Part shown: piece after piece, positions 35,756 to 49,950 of the stretch
Layout of the letters: every line of letters begins with the position of its first letter
How positions within the stretch are numbered: position 1 is the first letter of the stretch
DNA from: Octopus sinensis
Taxonomy: Eukaryota
Assembly (NCBI RefSeq): GCF_006345805.1
Contig: NC_043010.1
Coordinates: 41,912,001-41,976,000, forward strand
Length of the DNA: 64,000 bases
Reading direction: 5' to 3'
Program-made: the position numbers and the translations under genes
Notes under the pieces: generated by a model
Databases searched by the model: none
Told to the model about the DNA's origin: nothing
What the model saw: only the letters and a program-made list of their open reading frames with translations

Positions 35756-37790
35756 CAGGCAAACCTCACCCTACGTCGTTAATTGGTTCCAGAAAACACG
35801 ACCTAAGTCGATACACGACTTAAGTCGAATTAACTTTTTTTGTAGGCTAGGCTAGGCCGAATATACTTGTCTCTAGTAATAAGAAAAAATCTAAATTTAC
35901 GAATACAATTTGGCGAAGTTTACCATACATCGTAGACGCTTTATTTATGAATGCGGTTTGCAATAAGAGATGGTAAAATAAAAGCCTTTTATAAGCTTAA
36001 AAACAAATTCAGTAATTATTATTATTTTGCAATAGTAAAAAAAGTTACTTATTTTAAATTCACCAATACGTACATACAATTAGGTGGTTTACAGCGCGGA
36101 TGTAGATGGCTGTGGATCGTCGACATCAACAGCTGACTCTGGCTGTTCTTGTTGTTCGATGCGCTTAAAAAACTGGTTGAGAGTTTAAGGAACAAAAGCT
36201 TCGTGACAAGTCCCCATAATCTTGGAAAAGCGTTGAGCATCTGGATCCATATCCTCAAACATAGAAAGACCTTTTTCGATATATGCAAATGCTTTTTGGT
36301 ATAGCTCAGGTTTGACCTCCTCTTCTTCTTTATTTTGCTGCCCGCGAAGCTTATCAAATCCTCGTTCGTTAGGGGCTGCTTACCTTTTTCAAATAAATCT
36401 GTGAAATGCTCCTCCTCCAAACCCGCTTCTGTTTCTGTTTTGCTGATGGCAACATTATCAAGCTCCTTAAAATCATTCACGAATTGCAGGCATAGCTTCT
36501 TCCATACACCATTCAGAGCCGTGCTCTGTGCATCATTCCATGCAACTGTATATTCTGTACAGCCTTGTAGGTATCGTATCTCTTCCACAAGCCAAGAAGT
36601 GTGAGGGATTCATCAAGATCAGTTGCAGGTATTGCTTGCTGCAGCGTACGCTTCATATAGTAACGCTTGAAGATAGTAATTATTCCCTGATCCAGTGGCT
36701 GCAGAAGAGATGTGGTGTTCGGAAGGAGGTATACGACGGTAACGTTGGGTCAAAATCTACGCTGTTTTGCGGGTGGCCAAGAGCATTATCTAAGATAAGT
36801 AAAACCTTAAAAGGAATCCCCTTCTCCTTACAGCACTTCTCTGCTGCTGGGATAAAATGATTGAAGAACCAATTTTCAGAAACAACAACATTAACCCATG
36901 CTTTTGAATTAGCCATCCATATAACGGGGAGAGACGCCCTGGGTATATTTCTTCGGGGCACGGGGGTTGATCGCGTGATACACAAGCAATGGCTTTAAGT
37001 TAAAATCTTCTGCACAATTACCTCCCAACATAACAGTCATACGTTCTTTTGTGATCTTGTAGCCTGGGATAGTTTTCTCCTCCTTGGAAATGACCGAACG
37101 GTCTGTCAATTTTTTCCAGTACAATCCAGTTTCGTCTACGTTAAAAATCTGTTCGGGAAGAAGCCCGTTTTCTTCGATGATTTTCTTTAATGCATTAGCA
37201 AATTCCGCTGCTGCTTGTTCTTCAGCTGATGCTACTTCTTAATGGAGTGATAACTTCTTCACTTCTTAAATCTCCTGAACAATCTTTGACTTGCCTTGAA
37301 CTCTATATCTTTCTCATCTGGATATTTTTTCTTCAGGTCCTCAAGCAAAGACAACGCTTTGTCTTGAATGATTTCTTGACTAATAGCAGCGTGCTGACGA
37401 TTCAATCTAACAACCTAATAACAAAGAAGACTTTGCATTTCTTTAAAGATTTTGCCTCTTTTCTTATTGATGACAGTGGCACTTCATCCCTGGGGCCTCG
37501 AATTTGATACGTGCTCAAATCTGGCCCTTATGTTCAATTGTCGATACAGTTGTCCGATTCATCCCAAAAGATCGTGCAATTGCTACCACTTTTTCAGTTT
37601 ATCTTCCAGCATGACGCTTAGCGCTTTCACTATAAATTTTCTTAGGAGCCGTGGGGGCAAAAAATAAAGTCACAAATGAATGAGAATGAGAAAGCAGCCG
37701 ATACACAGACTTAAACAAATCTGAATTCAAAACAATCGCGGGAATCACGAGTGACAACGACGCCAAACGGTAGATATTGGAACTACAGTG
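35756..37790 (-). mobile_element. Decayed Tigger/pogo DNA transposon
   Basis: VDETGLYWKK, KERMTVMLGGNC..DFNLKPLLVY, WMANSKAWV, KVLLILDNALGHP, QPLDQGII, LNGVWKKL. TA-caggcaaacctc terminus at 35754-35767. Confidence 0.85.
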
Positions 37791-38151
37791 CAATATGAGC
37801 TCCGAAAGACCGATAAGACAATACAGCTTATTTCATGATTTTGTTCACTAAGCTAGACTCTTTTATGGTGTGTATCTTCACATTTACTGTACGTATTTTA
37901 ATATGATTTTATATGCTTTTATTCTTATTTATTGTACAGTAACATGATTTTATGTGCTTTTGACGGTTTTCTAGTGATTTTACAGTTCCAATATCTGTGG
38001 CGGACAGAAGTAAAGTCGAGCAAAATGGCTTAACTTCATTTTTATTTTTCGATAACGATTTAAATCGAATCGATTGAAGCCGAAGTATGCCTGCATTCAG
38101 TAAAGAATCAGCAAACACACACACACGCGCGTATATATATATATATATATA

Positions 38152-38314
38152 GGTACAGGACGTCACTAACGGTAAACAACATGAAATACGAACACAAATG
38201 AGTACAATTCGCAAACAACGAGAGAAACAAATGGAAAACAGGACAAGTAACATAAAGAACGACCCTCATCAGTTGTCGGCCGTCCATCTACTCCTCATTA
38301 CGAGCATTCAACAG

Positions 38315-38315
<1 letters not shown>
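38152..38315 (-). repeat. Interspersed repeat family C
   Basis: Reverse complement of 22300-22455. Embedded in (TA)n on both sides. Confidence 0.7.
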
Positions 38316-38360
<45 letters not shown>

Positions 38361-38693
38361 CTGTGTCTAGGGAAAGTCATAACACATATACATACACACG
38401 CACGCACACACATATATATGTATGTATATATACATACATTCAGCAAAATCACATGTTTATTTTTAGAAATTGCGTATGTATATAAATGTTTCGTGTTCAT
38501 GTCCTTTTGTATAATCTTAAATGTGAATTGTGTGTGCGTGTGTGTGTGCATGTGTGTGTGTGTGTGTGCGTGTGTGTGTGTGTGTGTGTGTGCGTGTGTG
38601 TGTGTGTGTGTTATGTCTCTGATTACGGCTCCATTAAGTCAAAATGAATTTGAGGGCTAAACAACAGTAAGAGATATGACAACGTTTTGTATA

Positions 38694-38839
38694 AGTACCG
38701 GTTTCATGATCAAACGATTGTCAACTTGTATAGAGAAAAACGTTTTTGCTGTCAATAGGACGCCATCTTTGACATCTTTGACAGCAAAAAAAGTTTTCTC
38801 TATATAATTTGACAATCGTTTGATCATGAAACCGGTACT
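38694..38839. mobile_element. 146-bp palindromic MITE with TA TSD
   Basis: agtaccggtttcatgatcaaacgattgtcaa pairs perfectly with ttgacaatcgtttgatcatgaaaccggtact, and inner arms also pair. TA at 38692-93 and 38840-41. Confidence 0.8.
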
Positions 38840-38939
38840 TATTTAACGTGTAATGATGTAATGATGTAATATGATCCTAATATCACCATAAATTCTACTA
38901 TACAAAGTTTCTGTGACTTTTACATTTCTTTTTTTTCTG

Positions 38940-38985
<46 letters not shown>

Positions 38986-39005
38986 CATGTAACTAGATTG
39001 AAATA

Positions 39006-39878
39006 CGAGGTGGTATCAAAAGGTTCCCGGACTAGTTCTGCTTAATAAAAAAATGACTTATTTACCTAAGTTTTAACATCATCGCCTTCGAAATAGTCAC
39101 CTTGTTCAGTTACATACAGGCCCCAGCGTTCCTGCTACTTTTGGAATCAGGCCTAGAAGATGTTTTCCGTAAGTGAGTCGAAGACCTTTTGCGATTCGCT
39201 CTTGATTTCGCTAACGGTGCTAAAACGGCGACCTTTGAGCTGCATTTTTATCTTGGAGAAGAGATGGAAGGTGCTTAATCTGGAGAATAGGGTATGTATC
39301 GACACGATATTATGTTGTTTTTGGCGAGAAACTCAAGAGTGTGGAGAGCTCGGTGACAGAGTTCATTGTCGCCGTGAAGAATGCAGTTCTTCGTGCTCCA
39401 CAGAATGTCCTCCCTCAAACGCTCCAAAACCTCGCAGTACAACTCTCGATTGACGGTCTGGCCCTAGGAGAAGAATTCTCGATACACAATGCCACGGATG
39501 TCGCAAAGGAAAACTGTGAACATACTCTTCATTGAGCTGCGGCTCTTTTGCCACTCAAAACTTTGCGTACGACCATTGCCTCTTTGTCGTAAGCTTACCG
39601 AAGCATACTCAATGTCTCTGTAGCAGACCTCCCAAGTTGAACGCAAAGCTTCACGTTGACTCTTTGTTCCAACTTCCTGTCACTGAGAAAATCGCAGACT
39701 ACAGCATACACGCGATCGCAAAAATACAAATTGCACAACTTGCGAAGTAAACATAGCGATGTTACTCGACACACTGCCTCATGAAGGTCATTGCCAACTC
39801 TCACTGCGTACGCAACCGAATGCTGACATCTGTCGGTGCGCTACAGAACTAGTCCGTGAACGTTTTGATACCACCTCG
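39006..39878 (-). mobile_element. Internally deleted mariner with both TIRs
   Basis: 35-bp TIRs (33/35 identical) with TA TSDs. EQRVNVKLCVQLGRSATETLSML, KSMFTVF, LKGRRF, GDYFEGD remnants. Confidence 0.9.
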
Positions 39879-42800
39879 TAATCCTTTATTTTACTAATGA
39901 GATGGTGCTATGTTTATTAATTTTTATTATCTGATATTTTCCTTGTATTTTTATTTTATAGTAATTGTATGATTGTTTATCTCAAATAGTATTTCCTCCT
40001 TTGAAATTAGTTTTTAATCTCATCTTAGTTAAAATTATTTTTTCGCACTTTCTTGATTTAAATTTGAAATACATCACTTCTCAAAAAAAAGTAATATCCT
40101 TTATGAGGTAAATGAGGTAAATATTTTCCCTTAAAATCTTAATTAAATATTTTTCTTCCACATTGCTATCTCTTCACTTTTGTGGTCACAGTGGTAGATA
40201 AGTTAAATTAATTGACCTATGTTAGATATTGTTTCTATAGCTTAGAATACATTGACTTTTTATATGGTTTATAGGGATCAGCTTGGGTTTAAATACGGTA
40301 GGAATTCTCACCATATCACCGTATTTCAATCCCATCTCCGCATTTCTACCCTATCCCTCTTCAATATTCCTCTTCTCATCGCCCATTAAGTACTTTGGTC
40401 AGTTATCCATATTGGTACTACTACCATGTCCTGATAGATATTTCTTCTATAATTTTTCACAGTATGGAAGCATCTTAAGAACAATATACTGGCGTTTATT
40501 TTATTGATCCATGTAATACTAAAATGGATTTAATATGGCTCGATTAACATGCAAAGATCATTGCGTTAGCGTATTACACAATACTATCATATCAGAAACG
40601 TACATTAAGACATTTATATGTTAGATACTTTCAATTAAAAATGGGTAACTCTCCATTCTCTATTGTATTTTATTTTTGAAATTATTTGTTTCAAAACTGC
40701 TCAAGCGCATGTGTTAGATTACTCATGAGGCTGGTGGTTTAAATATTATTTCTTACTATATTTTAAACATACCTTACTATATGTTAAACACTATATATAT
40801 AGCGTAGTCTGAAAAGGCACATAATAAATTAATGAATTTACAATCAATGTAAATTTTTAAAAGTTGCGAAAAAAGCGCAGTAGCCTCAATGAAGTGAGTA
40901 AGAAAGGGTGATGGAAGTCGGAAACAACATGACTGAAAAGAAGAAGGGGAGTAAACAGATAATGACTACAGCATAATTTTTGAATTAGGTATAAAGGCAA
41001 CCAATAGAAAAATTTGTTCTCTAAGAATTTTTCATTATTTATTTAGTTGGTAATTAATAAAGCTATATTTTATCTTATTTTGTTCTGCTTCAGCCAATCT
41101 TAGAAGAGTTCAGAACGCTTATGGTTATGCTTCGATTAATGTTTCAAGGCATAAAAGCTGCACGTGCTCATTGTTTTTGCTGTATATTCGGTGCAAGAAT
41201 CCTTGTGATTACATGTCTGTGCGTTTGTCTTAATATGTGCGTCTGTATATGTGTGTATTTGTCTCTATGCTTATATGTATGTAAGGCAGTCTATTACTGT
41301 ATTAGTAAGGTAGCTTAAAATAAATAAATCTGTTAAATTCATGCATAATCTGTAAGTTGGCTCTACCAGTTTCCGTTTGTATGATAATATAAAGATCAGA
41401 TTGTGTTTAACTGTACGCAAGTTTTTAAATTATTTCCAAAACACACAAAATACAAAAAATATACTGTTTGCTCTGTATGATATTCATTTATCAAGATTGC
41501 GTGTAGCAAATATTGCTAAGCCATAGGCTTCTGTATTTTCAATAGGCCGATAAAGGTGAAGGTTTCAATAATCCGTATTATAATATGAAAATAATTTTTA
41601 TCGAAACAAAACCTCACAAGATTACAAGATTTGAATACAATTGAGAAGAAAATAAAATAAAAATCTAAAAAGACAAATTTATATGATTTATTTCAGATCA
41701 TAATTTCCAGATTAATAAAAACAAACAAGAATTGCGTTTTTTCCCTTGCATTTACTAATTCTGCGCATAATTTCAGAACAAATACCTTAGTATTTTATTT
41801 GATTGTGCATAAGTTAATTATCTACAATATAAAAATAGAAAGAAAATATATTTCTGTATTGTGCTCAAGTATCCCAAAATCTACAAGCAGCAAGAGAACA
41901 AAATAAATATCAGCTATATAAAATGGTGATATTACATATGTTGTATTGTTTTTAATATGAAATTACAGTGTTTTCATTAAAGCTAAACAGTTATGAAAAG
42001 ACAAAACACTTAAGCAATCTTGAACTATTATACTTTAAAATATATTATTGTAGATGATGATGTTGGAACAATGACGACGATGTTTATAGTGATAATGACT
42101 AAAGTATTCATAGACAAAATCATTTATATTTTAAAACAAACAAATTTATAGTTGATATTGCTTATGTAATTCAGATTCTGCTGTGTTGAACATCATTACC
42201 TTGCTTTCATTTTGAAAATACTTTTTATATTTAACTATTTAATTAATTATATTCCAAGCATATAGGTAAGTGCAAGTATGTATACCAAAGAAATTTAACT
42301 TGGATTCTTTTTAGTTATTGGCTAAATTTATTTAGGAATAAAGCCAGAGGGAAGCCAATTGTTTTCAAGTTCCATGTGATGCTTTTTATTCTTTATCGTT
42401 ATGGTAACAAGGTAATATCTTTCAGTGTTACCAGATCTTTTGAAAAAAAAGTGTTATGACAATATTAATAGTATTGAGCTGTTGATGAGAGAGGTATTTA
42501 GTTCCAGGACAATACCGAATGACTTAATGAAAATCGAAAACGATTTAATGAGTTAATTTTCAAAATCAAACATTATTCGAACATTATGAAGTTATTTTCT
42601 CTCTCTTAATCAAGTCTTGAAATTTACAATAAATTGTTATTGGAAATAACCATGACTAAATAAGGATTTTAAAATAATTGAACGGATTTTTGTGTTGCGA
42701 TCATAGCTAGAACTGTAATTTAGATAACGGAAAAGTAACGACTAAACTTATGTTCTGATGTATATATATATTTATATATATATATAAGAGCATAGGCTCG

Positions 42801-44264
42801 AAAAGTAAAAGACATTTCCGTTATTCCAGAGCGTTAAACTAATACATCTGCTTGTTGTTCCTACACATGTCTTCGCCTTTATTTTCTGTAAATTTGACCC
42901 CCCCCCCCCACACATGACTTACACGGCTCTATTTGTTCAAAATTCATGTTTCATTTCTCATTTAATCCATCTATAACTCAACTACGGTAAGATAATCAAT
43001 AAATATACATTTGTAAGGTCTGCTCTTTGCATGATAATTATAATTATATATATATTTTAGTGAAAGTATATTCAAGGATCCCAACATAAAAATGGTTAAT
43101 CTTATAGTAAAAATATCAATGACCTACTAATACTATTTTCATCGGTAAATATTGAAGGTCCACTGATTAAGTTTTTTTACGGTTTTTCAGCGAAAATACG
43201 TTTTTTGTTACATGCAAACAATATTAGTCATCAACTTTTTTTCTCTCGATTGTATGCTTTCTATTTAATGTTCCAGCTACAAAACTATCAATAATCTAAT
43301 AATGTCAGATATTTTTTTAGACTTTGCTGAAAAAGTGTAATTGACATATATTGCTTTGATTTCGATTTTTCTTAATTTTTTAGGCATCTTCCTAACTACT
43401 GTTATTGAAATGATGCTTTCATATACTTCGTAGCATCGTTCTTTTCGATTCTTCATTTTCAGATAATCTTTTCACAATCTCTGCATGTCTTAATCATATT
43501 CGTTTCACTTTCTCAATGTATCAACTCTTCCTCGCAGTTACTTTCTTTAATTTTCTCTGCATTTTTTTACTTTTTAAAATTTCTATCCCTTGCTTTTGCC
43601 GACACACTGTCCACCCTTTGCATTACGCATTCCGTTTGTTTTCATATAACTGTAAAACATTGATATTCATTATTACATTTTCAGTAGTAAATGTTATTAT
43701 TGTTTGTTTAGAAAGCAAGCGCAGCATACGCTTCATAAAATTTAAGTAAATTGATTTCAATTTATATCCTCCAGTAATTCCAGTAATACAGAAAGGGGGC
43801 TTTCGAAAAATTTCCATCCTCACGAAATATGAAAAGCTGGGGAAATCAACAAGGTTTCGATAAAGTTATCGAAACTGTTAGACAAATAAAAAAAATATTC
43901 TCGTCATATTGCATTCCATCAATAGTTTAATATAAAAATTAGGAAAATAAAAAATTGTTATATTCGTAGCTACTTTGATTCGAAGTTTTATTTTCTTTAT
44001 GCCTCCTGTCACTTCTATAATAAATATTGAATTAATTACATTTCTGGGAAATTGAGATATTGAGGTGCAAGTCGCATATGAGTGGTTCTTCAAAAATATG
44101 GCTAAAACTTTATTTTGTCATAAATATTAAAAGGTTGTTATGTATAGTTTGAAGAACTTTTTACCAAAAGGAATTAGTATAGTTTACCAAATCGTTTAAG
44201 AATAATCTTTCAAAGTGATATCCAATACTAAACAATTTTCACAAGAAATATACTTTATTTCAAT

Positions 44265-44830
44265 TGCTGGGTCTGGAGGAAAGATTTCAATGCCCTTGCA
44301 GATCATTCAAGACTGGTAGGATTAATGCCATTACTATTTCTCTTAAACTTTTGTAAATCAACAAAGGCAGGCAAGACATGAGTGGAGTAGGAATTCCAGA
44401 GAGCCGGTATTCTGGGAATGAGTGGTTGGATGCATCAAGGATTATTAATAAAGGAGCGGCGAGTGCCTGAGAGGAGATAGCATGATCCTTGCAAGATCCG
44501 AGGAACAGAGATTTTTATAGTTGAGGTATAAGTTCGTAGAGAGTAGAGACATAGCACCTGTTCAAGAGTTAGAGCGTGTTTGTGGGTTACATTGTACCAA
44601 TTAGCCAGTATAGTCCCTGATGTGAAAGCGATATTCCATTATAGTGCTCAGATGACTTTTGTAGAGTATCAATAATTGTTGGAGGTGGGATATCTCCTGG
44701 CTCTAAAGAGAGCTGCCAATCTTTAAATGTATTTTTACCTATATCAAGAATGTATTTTCTCCAGAAGATGTCGTCGTAATAGCAAACTTTATAGCGATTG
44801 TGAGAGCTTTAGCTGGGTGATGACTTCAGT
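44265..44830 (-). mobile_element. Decayed LINE 3' end (CR1/Daphne/Jockey-like)
   Basis: Remnants resembling the L.HRR...LFY...G C-terminal motif and PRIPALWNS...DLQKFKRN.NGIN. Confidence 0.45.
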
Positions 44831-46060
44831 GTGGTGTTGTGCGATGGCATTTCTTGATCATGTGTAGCTTTTGTGTTTTGAGTCTAATGAAAACGACAAG
44901 ATTTGAAAGATCGCTTTTATGTAAACTCAATCTCTAGGTTTACTTTGAAATTTACTGAATTATTTAAAATATTTGTTTTCTTCTCCTTTCTCTCATTCCA
45001 TAATCTACTATCTAAGAAATTCATTTTTCTTGCCATCACCTTTTAATTATTACCTGCTATATTTTGATTTCTTCTAAACTTGTAATTTTTCTCTCCTTTT
45101 CAAACCTACTGCTGGTAGTTCTTATTGGCATGCATACTCATTTTAGTGATTGATAGCTGATCATCATTTTAATTATGCTTATACTTTATTCTGCTTTTGT
45201 TTTAATTTCTTTTCAGCAAATTAAATCGCAAGGAAATAGTTATATCACTCACCAGTAGCTGAAGAACAACCAAAGCAGCAAATACTGTATTTCCGTACAG
45301 TGTAAGCTGTTTACAACTTTTTTATAATGTTATCCTTGTTCAATAACCAAGAAGACAGAGTATTAATATTTGTTATGCTGCACGCTGTTATTCATTTATA
45401 AAATCAATACAAATTTGGTTAAATGGACATCGAAGATGATTACACTTTGAAATTAGCAATAAAAATATTTTTGGAAATGAAATTCGAACCTCTTTAAAAA
45501 GAAATATGGCGTGTAAAAGAGATATTTCACTGTAGACGATGATAGTTATTCTGTTTGCGAATTATCTGCATTTCCTTTCAATAGTCATTCTACCCAAACA
45601 TAAAACCTTTCGTTTGCTGTTCCAAAATTTATGATTTTGTTGCTTTGTTTTCCAAGCCTTTTCCGGATGTTCTTTTATTCTTCAGTCAATAATAGTAGCA
45701 GTCAATCTGAAGCCCAGCAGTTTGTCAATGAAAACATGAGTGGTCAGATATTTTTTTCAAAAGGAAAGTAATTTTGGAATTAAAATCCCATGCTCCGTAA
45801 AAAGAGATGTGATTTGTGAAAAAAGACGAGCCACATTTGAAAAGGAAAGCTGAAGTAAAATTAACTGGCACAAAAATGAAAGCTGAAACAACCCTGTTGT
45901 AAGCGAAAATATAAAACAACATTTGCTATTGATTCGTAACGCTCTGTATCATTTATTTCAAAACTTAACAATATACGGGTAGTGTTAGGAACAATATATT
46001 GTCACTGAAGGACGACAATAACCGTCTTCTGAAGGAATATAATTATGACATGGAAATATA

Positions 46061-46098
46061 ATCATAAATCGATCCGACCGGTCGGATCGATTTATGAT
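46061..46098. repeat. Perfect 38-bp palindrome with no spacer
   Basis: atcataaatcgatccgacc|ggtcggatcgatttatgat, checked base by base. Confidence 0.97.
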
Positions 46099-46228
46099 CA
46101 AAGCTGCTTCTATCAATAATAATTATAGTTTGGATCAATGGATATCTAAAAAAAAGTGTATACACATATATATAAAATCATAAAAAGGTGATTAAATTGT
46201 TAAGCTCCTCGCGTTTATTTGGACCGAC

Positions 46229-46276
46229 TACTACTACTACTACTACTACTACTACACTACTACTACTACTACTACT

Positions 46277-46366
<90 letters not shown>

Positions 46367-46368
46367 TA
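46229..46368. repeat. (ACT)n/(AAT)n microsatellite
   Basis: Direct reading of the sequence. Confidence 0.95.
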
Positions 46369-46674
46369 ATATTTTGCAATCTGGTAATACTGAAATATGG
46401 ATAGTCTATTCGTCGAATTTATTGAAATGGAAAAATCAAGTTCTAAGACAACAAAGCTGACATATCAATATGGAAGACCAGAATATAACATTAAAAAGGG
46501 TAAACTACCTTGTTTATCTCTTTCTCCAGCTCTTTCACTTTCTCGCTTTTTTTATTTTTTTATACATGTGTGTGTGCACGCGTGTGACGAGAGAAAAGGA
46601 GCGTTAACTTGTAAGAGAGATAGATAGCTAGCTAGCTAGATAGATAGATAGACATGCACATATATACATGTATG

Positions 46675-46727
<53 letters not shown>

Positions 46728-48726
46728 AAATATGAATATGTGTGTGAGTGTATACTCACATACATACATACATACATACATACATGCATATATATATATA
46801 TATATATTTGTATGTATGTATATATGGAATGCATACCTATAAGTTTTTTCCGTTTGTAATTAACTTTTAGAAAATTGCAGAAAATTGTACTGAAAAGTAA
46901 TTCAGATTCAATAAATACAAATGTATACAAGCAAACAGAAATAAAGTCTAAATATATTTGTAGAGTTCAGGCAGGATTTTTTTAATCCCACGATTTGTTT
47001 TCAGACCGTTATATATTTCGGATGTAGGTGAAGAAATATTGACACAGAAAATTTTTAATACTGATAAACTTTATGAGATTTAAATTAGGTCTACAGAAAC
47101 ATATATTGTAAGTTTGTTCTATAAATATCTGAGGATAAAGAAATACGTCTGAACATTCAGTATCAATCTAATTTTTATCATCTCGATGCAATGTCGGCTT
47201 TTGTGGCATCCTCTTTGAGGTTATGCAGTTATTTGCAAGCAGTAATCTTCTTTATCTCAGAATTATCAGCGCCATAATCTTTGTTATAATACGAAAGATT
47301 GATTTTCTCAATTAATTACGATCTTTAAACGATGACCAAACAGAAGTTTTGATAACTTGAAGAATAATTTATTTATTTTCGCACCTACAAACAATACCAA
47401 TGCTTGAACTTGAATCTGTCAGATAATCTTTCAGCAATTGAATTTTAAAATAGCTTTAGTTTGTACTATGGACTTGCGCTCCATTCGATTTCTGATATGA
47501 ATTATTACTACCCAATAAAACATTGTTTATTTACATTGAGCCGATATTTCCCTTCAATTTGAGTTTAAGGTTGCTGATAACTACACCGAGAGCAATCTCT
47601 CCTAGCTATATCGTATCGGCTGCAAGTAGAAAGAAACCAACTAAATTCAATAATTTGTAATTTATTCCATATCACCTACAAAAAATCAAACGGCAACCTG
47701 TACTTGTGCTATACGGTTTGAGCATTGGTGAAATATTATTCAATGTTACCGAATGTCAATTTAGATGGCTTATTGTAAGCGACTGTTAAACAATACATGC
47801 TGTTAATGGACCCGAGCAAAGAACCTCTACTTGATTGCTCGTCAAACTACAACCAGAAGCCAGATATTCTTTAAATTGTTCTTACCAGTTGAAATTAGTG
47901 AAAACACACACATGTTAATGTAGTCGTAAATTTGATTATAAAGAGGAGACGCCTCAGCAAGGATGCCTTTTATCATGCCTTCTCTATGTTAATCTGATAC
48001 AATTCAACTAATTCAATCAATAGTGAATAAAGTTTCATATAACCAACGTGTTCGAGAGGTCACTAAACATAGTATTGAATACATGGTTTCTTCTTACTTT
48101 GGAATTTAGTGCAATGGCTAATATCACCAGTGCAAGAAGTTAAGATATTTAAATACAGAGAAGCGAACATTAAGCTTACTAAGTTCTAATTTGATTCTAC
48201 TATACATATCTAAGAACATAATGAATTCACATACGAAATATATTCTCATACTACCTTTAAATAAGAGAATGAGACTAATATGTACTTTCATGGATTATAG
48301 AGCGGACACGTTGATAATATAAACGCCTGCATTGCTTGTGGTTTTTAGTTTATCGACTCCATGCATTGAATTGACTTAACCCTACTAACGACAGTAATAG
48401 TGATTTCTAACATAGGTTTCAGATTTAAAGACGGTGGATGGTCGGCCTTTATCGTGGATTCTTTGTTAATATTAAAGTGACTATACTCAGGGATATTTTT
48501 GCATAGACAGGAAGATTAAAGCATAAATTGAACATTGTTATCCAGAAAATGGAAAGAAGTATCAATCCCCACAAATGACAATGTATCTTTAAAAGAAATG
48601 AAGAAAATCTTTAATTATAAAGATCTGGAAAAACAGGTAAGCATAATGTGGGAATTGGAAATAGAATAATTAAAAAACATGTCGAAAATTGATATAAGCA
48701 AAATAAATATAAATTCAGACACAGGT

Positions 48727-49059
48727 AAGAAGTAAACTTCCCAGCCACATGGTTCTGGACTCATTGCATGCCACCCTGGGCAAGTGTTTTCTAGTATAGC
48801 CTCGGGCACAATAAAACCTTGTGAGTGGATTTGATAGACCGAAACTGTGAAAAGCAGTGTATCTATACACGTGCCATTGGCAATTGCTTTTCCTTCTTTG
48901 GAGTTTTCCTTTTCTCCTTTCCGACGAAGAGTTATGCTCGAAACGTCAACTCTCTTTTCACCGAGCGTCAAGCTAATAGGTTTCTTGTGCACATCCTCTT
49001 GTCCGTTAATTTTACTCGTTTATTTGAATTGATTACTTGTTTGAATTGACCATATATAA

Positions 49060-49099
<40 letters not shown>

Positions 49100-49325
49100 A
49101 TATCTACGTATGTGTGTGTCTTTGTGTTTGTCCCTAACTACTGCTTCAGAGCCGGTGTTGGTTTACTTAGATCCTTGTAATTTAGGGAGTTGGTAAAAGA
49201 TATCAATAGAATTAGTACAAGGCTTTAGATACACTAAGTACTAGCATCGATTTGTTCGACTAATCCGTTCAAGGCAGTGCCCCAGCATGTCAACAGACGA
49301 ATGACAGAAACAAGTAAAAGATACA
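48727..49325 (+). mobile_element. Old SINE S2 with a family-D HHR-like repeat (about 48870-49040) nested in its internal microsatellite
   Basis: Both S2 halves are recognisable. The insert contains c-CGACGA-a-gagt-tat-gctc-GAAA-CG-TC and accgagcgtca, also seen at about 21205-21260 (-). Confidence 0.65.
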
Positions 49326-49909
49326 AATGCTAATATCATCTTGGATGAAAAACAAAGTTAAGAGAATTAGGCCTGAGACTGACCTACAAATATGTTGGGG
49401 TTAATGAATTAATAGAGAAAACTCACTGGGAGTATTATAAACGCATTAAATTAACTTTAATACATGATGAAACAAGGTAAAGAGAGATTAGGATTGGATT
49501 TAGGTCACGTGGTCAAGTCTTGGCAAGTGTGAGCAAACTATAAGTGGATAATGAAACTAGATTAGTACTTTCTGAGAAGTACTGGGATGAAAGCTGATAT
49601 CGAAGGAGTTCTTACTACGACACAAGACCAGTTTATTCCGAGAAGGAAATATTAAAAACAAAGTGAAGCGGAATACAAAAGTATAAGTAGAAGTTGTGAA
49701 AGATCAGCTTTGGCAGGATATATAAATATACATGTATGTATGTATGTATGTATTTATGTATGTATGTATGTATGTATGTATGTATGTATGTAGTATGTAT
49801 GTATGTATGTATGTATGTATGTATGTATGTATGTATACATATATATATGTATGTGTGTATATATATATACATGTGTATGCGCATGTGTGTATATATATAT
49901 ATATGTGTG

Positions 49910-49950
<41 letters not shown>

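Noticed and set aside
38240-38310. CTGATGA in family C with an upstream G(T)AA, a possible type II HHR
   Set aside because: GAAA is mutated in one copy and absent in the other, and the stems are not convincing.
40283-40507. 74-aa pyrimidine-rich ORF, possibly an old Penelope remnant
   Set aside because: No clear RT or GIY-YIG motif is recoverable by eye.
45253-45500. Perfect minus-strand donor ctg|GTGAGT preceded by a hydrophobic frame (LTLYGNTVFAALVVLQLL)
   Set aside because: All three frames are closed shortly upstream, with no ATG or good acceptor. At most a non-coding exon.
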